The notes below the pieces were generated by a model. The model saw nothing but the letters and a program-made list of their open reading frames with translations, was not told the origin of the DNA and did not search any database. A stretch of 63,188 bases of DNA, the filler included, from Octopus bimaculoides (lineage: Eukaryota): NCBI RefSeq assembly GCF_001194135.2. It is 3 parts of 3 records of this genome, joined end to end, with 100 filler letters (N's around TTAATTAATTAA, not from the genome) between each part and the next. Parts side by side here need not be neighbours in the genome. Positions count along the whole stretch, not along the records: positions 48,257 to 63,188 come from NC_068982.1; 2 more parts are not named here. One strand, given 5' to 3'. The position numbers were made by a program, and so were the translations under genes. Below, in pieces: positions 62,513 through 63,188 of this stretch. Positions within the stretch are counted from its first letter, which is position 1. The number at the start of each line of letters is the position of its first letter.

Positions 62513-63016
62513 TCTCCCTCTCTCCCTCTCTTCCTCTCTCTCTCTCTCTCTTTCTCCCTCTCATCAAGTTTTACGTTCATTTCTTAAACTTCGTCTCTTC
62601 CTCTTCTTCATTTTCACATTATCCCCCCACCCCGACTCTTACTTTCTCACTCCTCTTTCACTCTCTCTCTCTCTCTACCTGTCTGTCTATCCCCTTTTAC
62701 TTCCACTCCCTATCTTTCATTGTCTTTCTTTTCTATCCATTTACTATCTCTCGTCATCTTCCATTCACGTCTCTCTATCGTCCTTTCCCTCTCTTCCCCC
62801 CTCTCTCTCTCCCCCTCCCTTTTTCCTGTCATTCACTCGAACAAAAAGATTTTCTCACATTTATTATCGTTCTTACACTTTTCTTTCAGTTATTTAGCAA
62901 TTTTAGTATATTTTATTTTAAAAGTTCAATGAATAATCGTATCTAAAGTGCAAATACATGTCTGCGTATGTATATATGTGTATATGTATATATTTCTCCC
63001 TTTCGAGATAGATTGG

Positions 63017-63126
<110 letters not shown>

Positions 63127-63188
63127 CACATAGACAAACAGATACTGTGAATGTGTGTAACACAGATACATAAACAATATATAATGTT

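Overview
AT-rich, microsatellite-saturated animal genomic DNA with about two dozen N gaps. The SINE, LINE and microsatellite make-up is most consistent with an Octopus assembly (inferred from repeat families recalled from memory, not from a search). The only host coding sequence I can support is two phase-compatible minus-strand exons (7121-6953 and 6307-5962). The first begins with a motif matching the AIP3/Bud6-like region of the SRCIN1 / sickle tail (KIAA1217) / CG32809 family. The rest is decayed transposons (Dong/R4, RTE and CR1 LINEs, Penelope-like elements, three mariners, Helitron pieces, a long-TIR MITE), several tRNA-derived SINE families and simple repeats. Nearly all supplied ORFs are microsatellite or gap artefacts. 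Two N44-TTAATTAATTAA-N44 linkers show the window is stitched from at least three pieces, and CpG content jumps at the first one. Best second-look items: a hammerhead ribozyme-like motif with an intact core and a 98-nt stem II insert (29823-29945); an inverted Penelope pair whose arms each carry a decayed hammerhead; a perfect palindrome with 162-bp arms inside an old mariner; and a 560-bp AAT-tailed module stacked in tandem with Dong/R4 LINEs. No clearly novel multi-gene system is evident.
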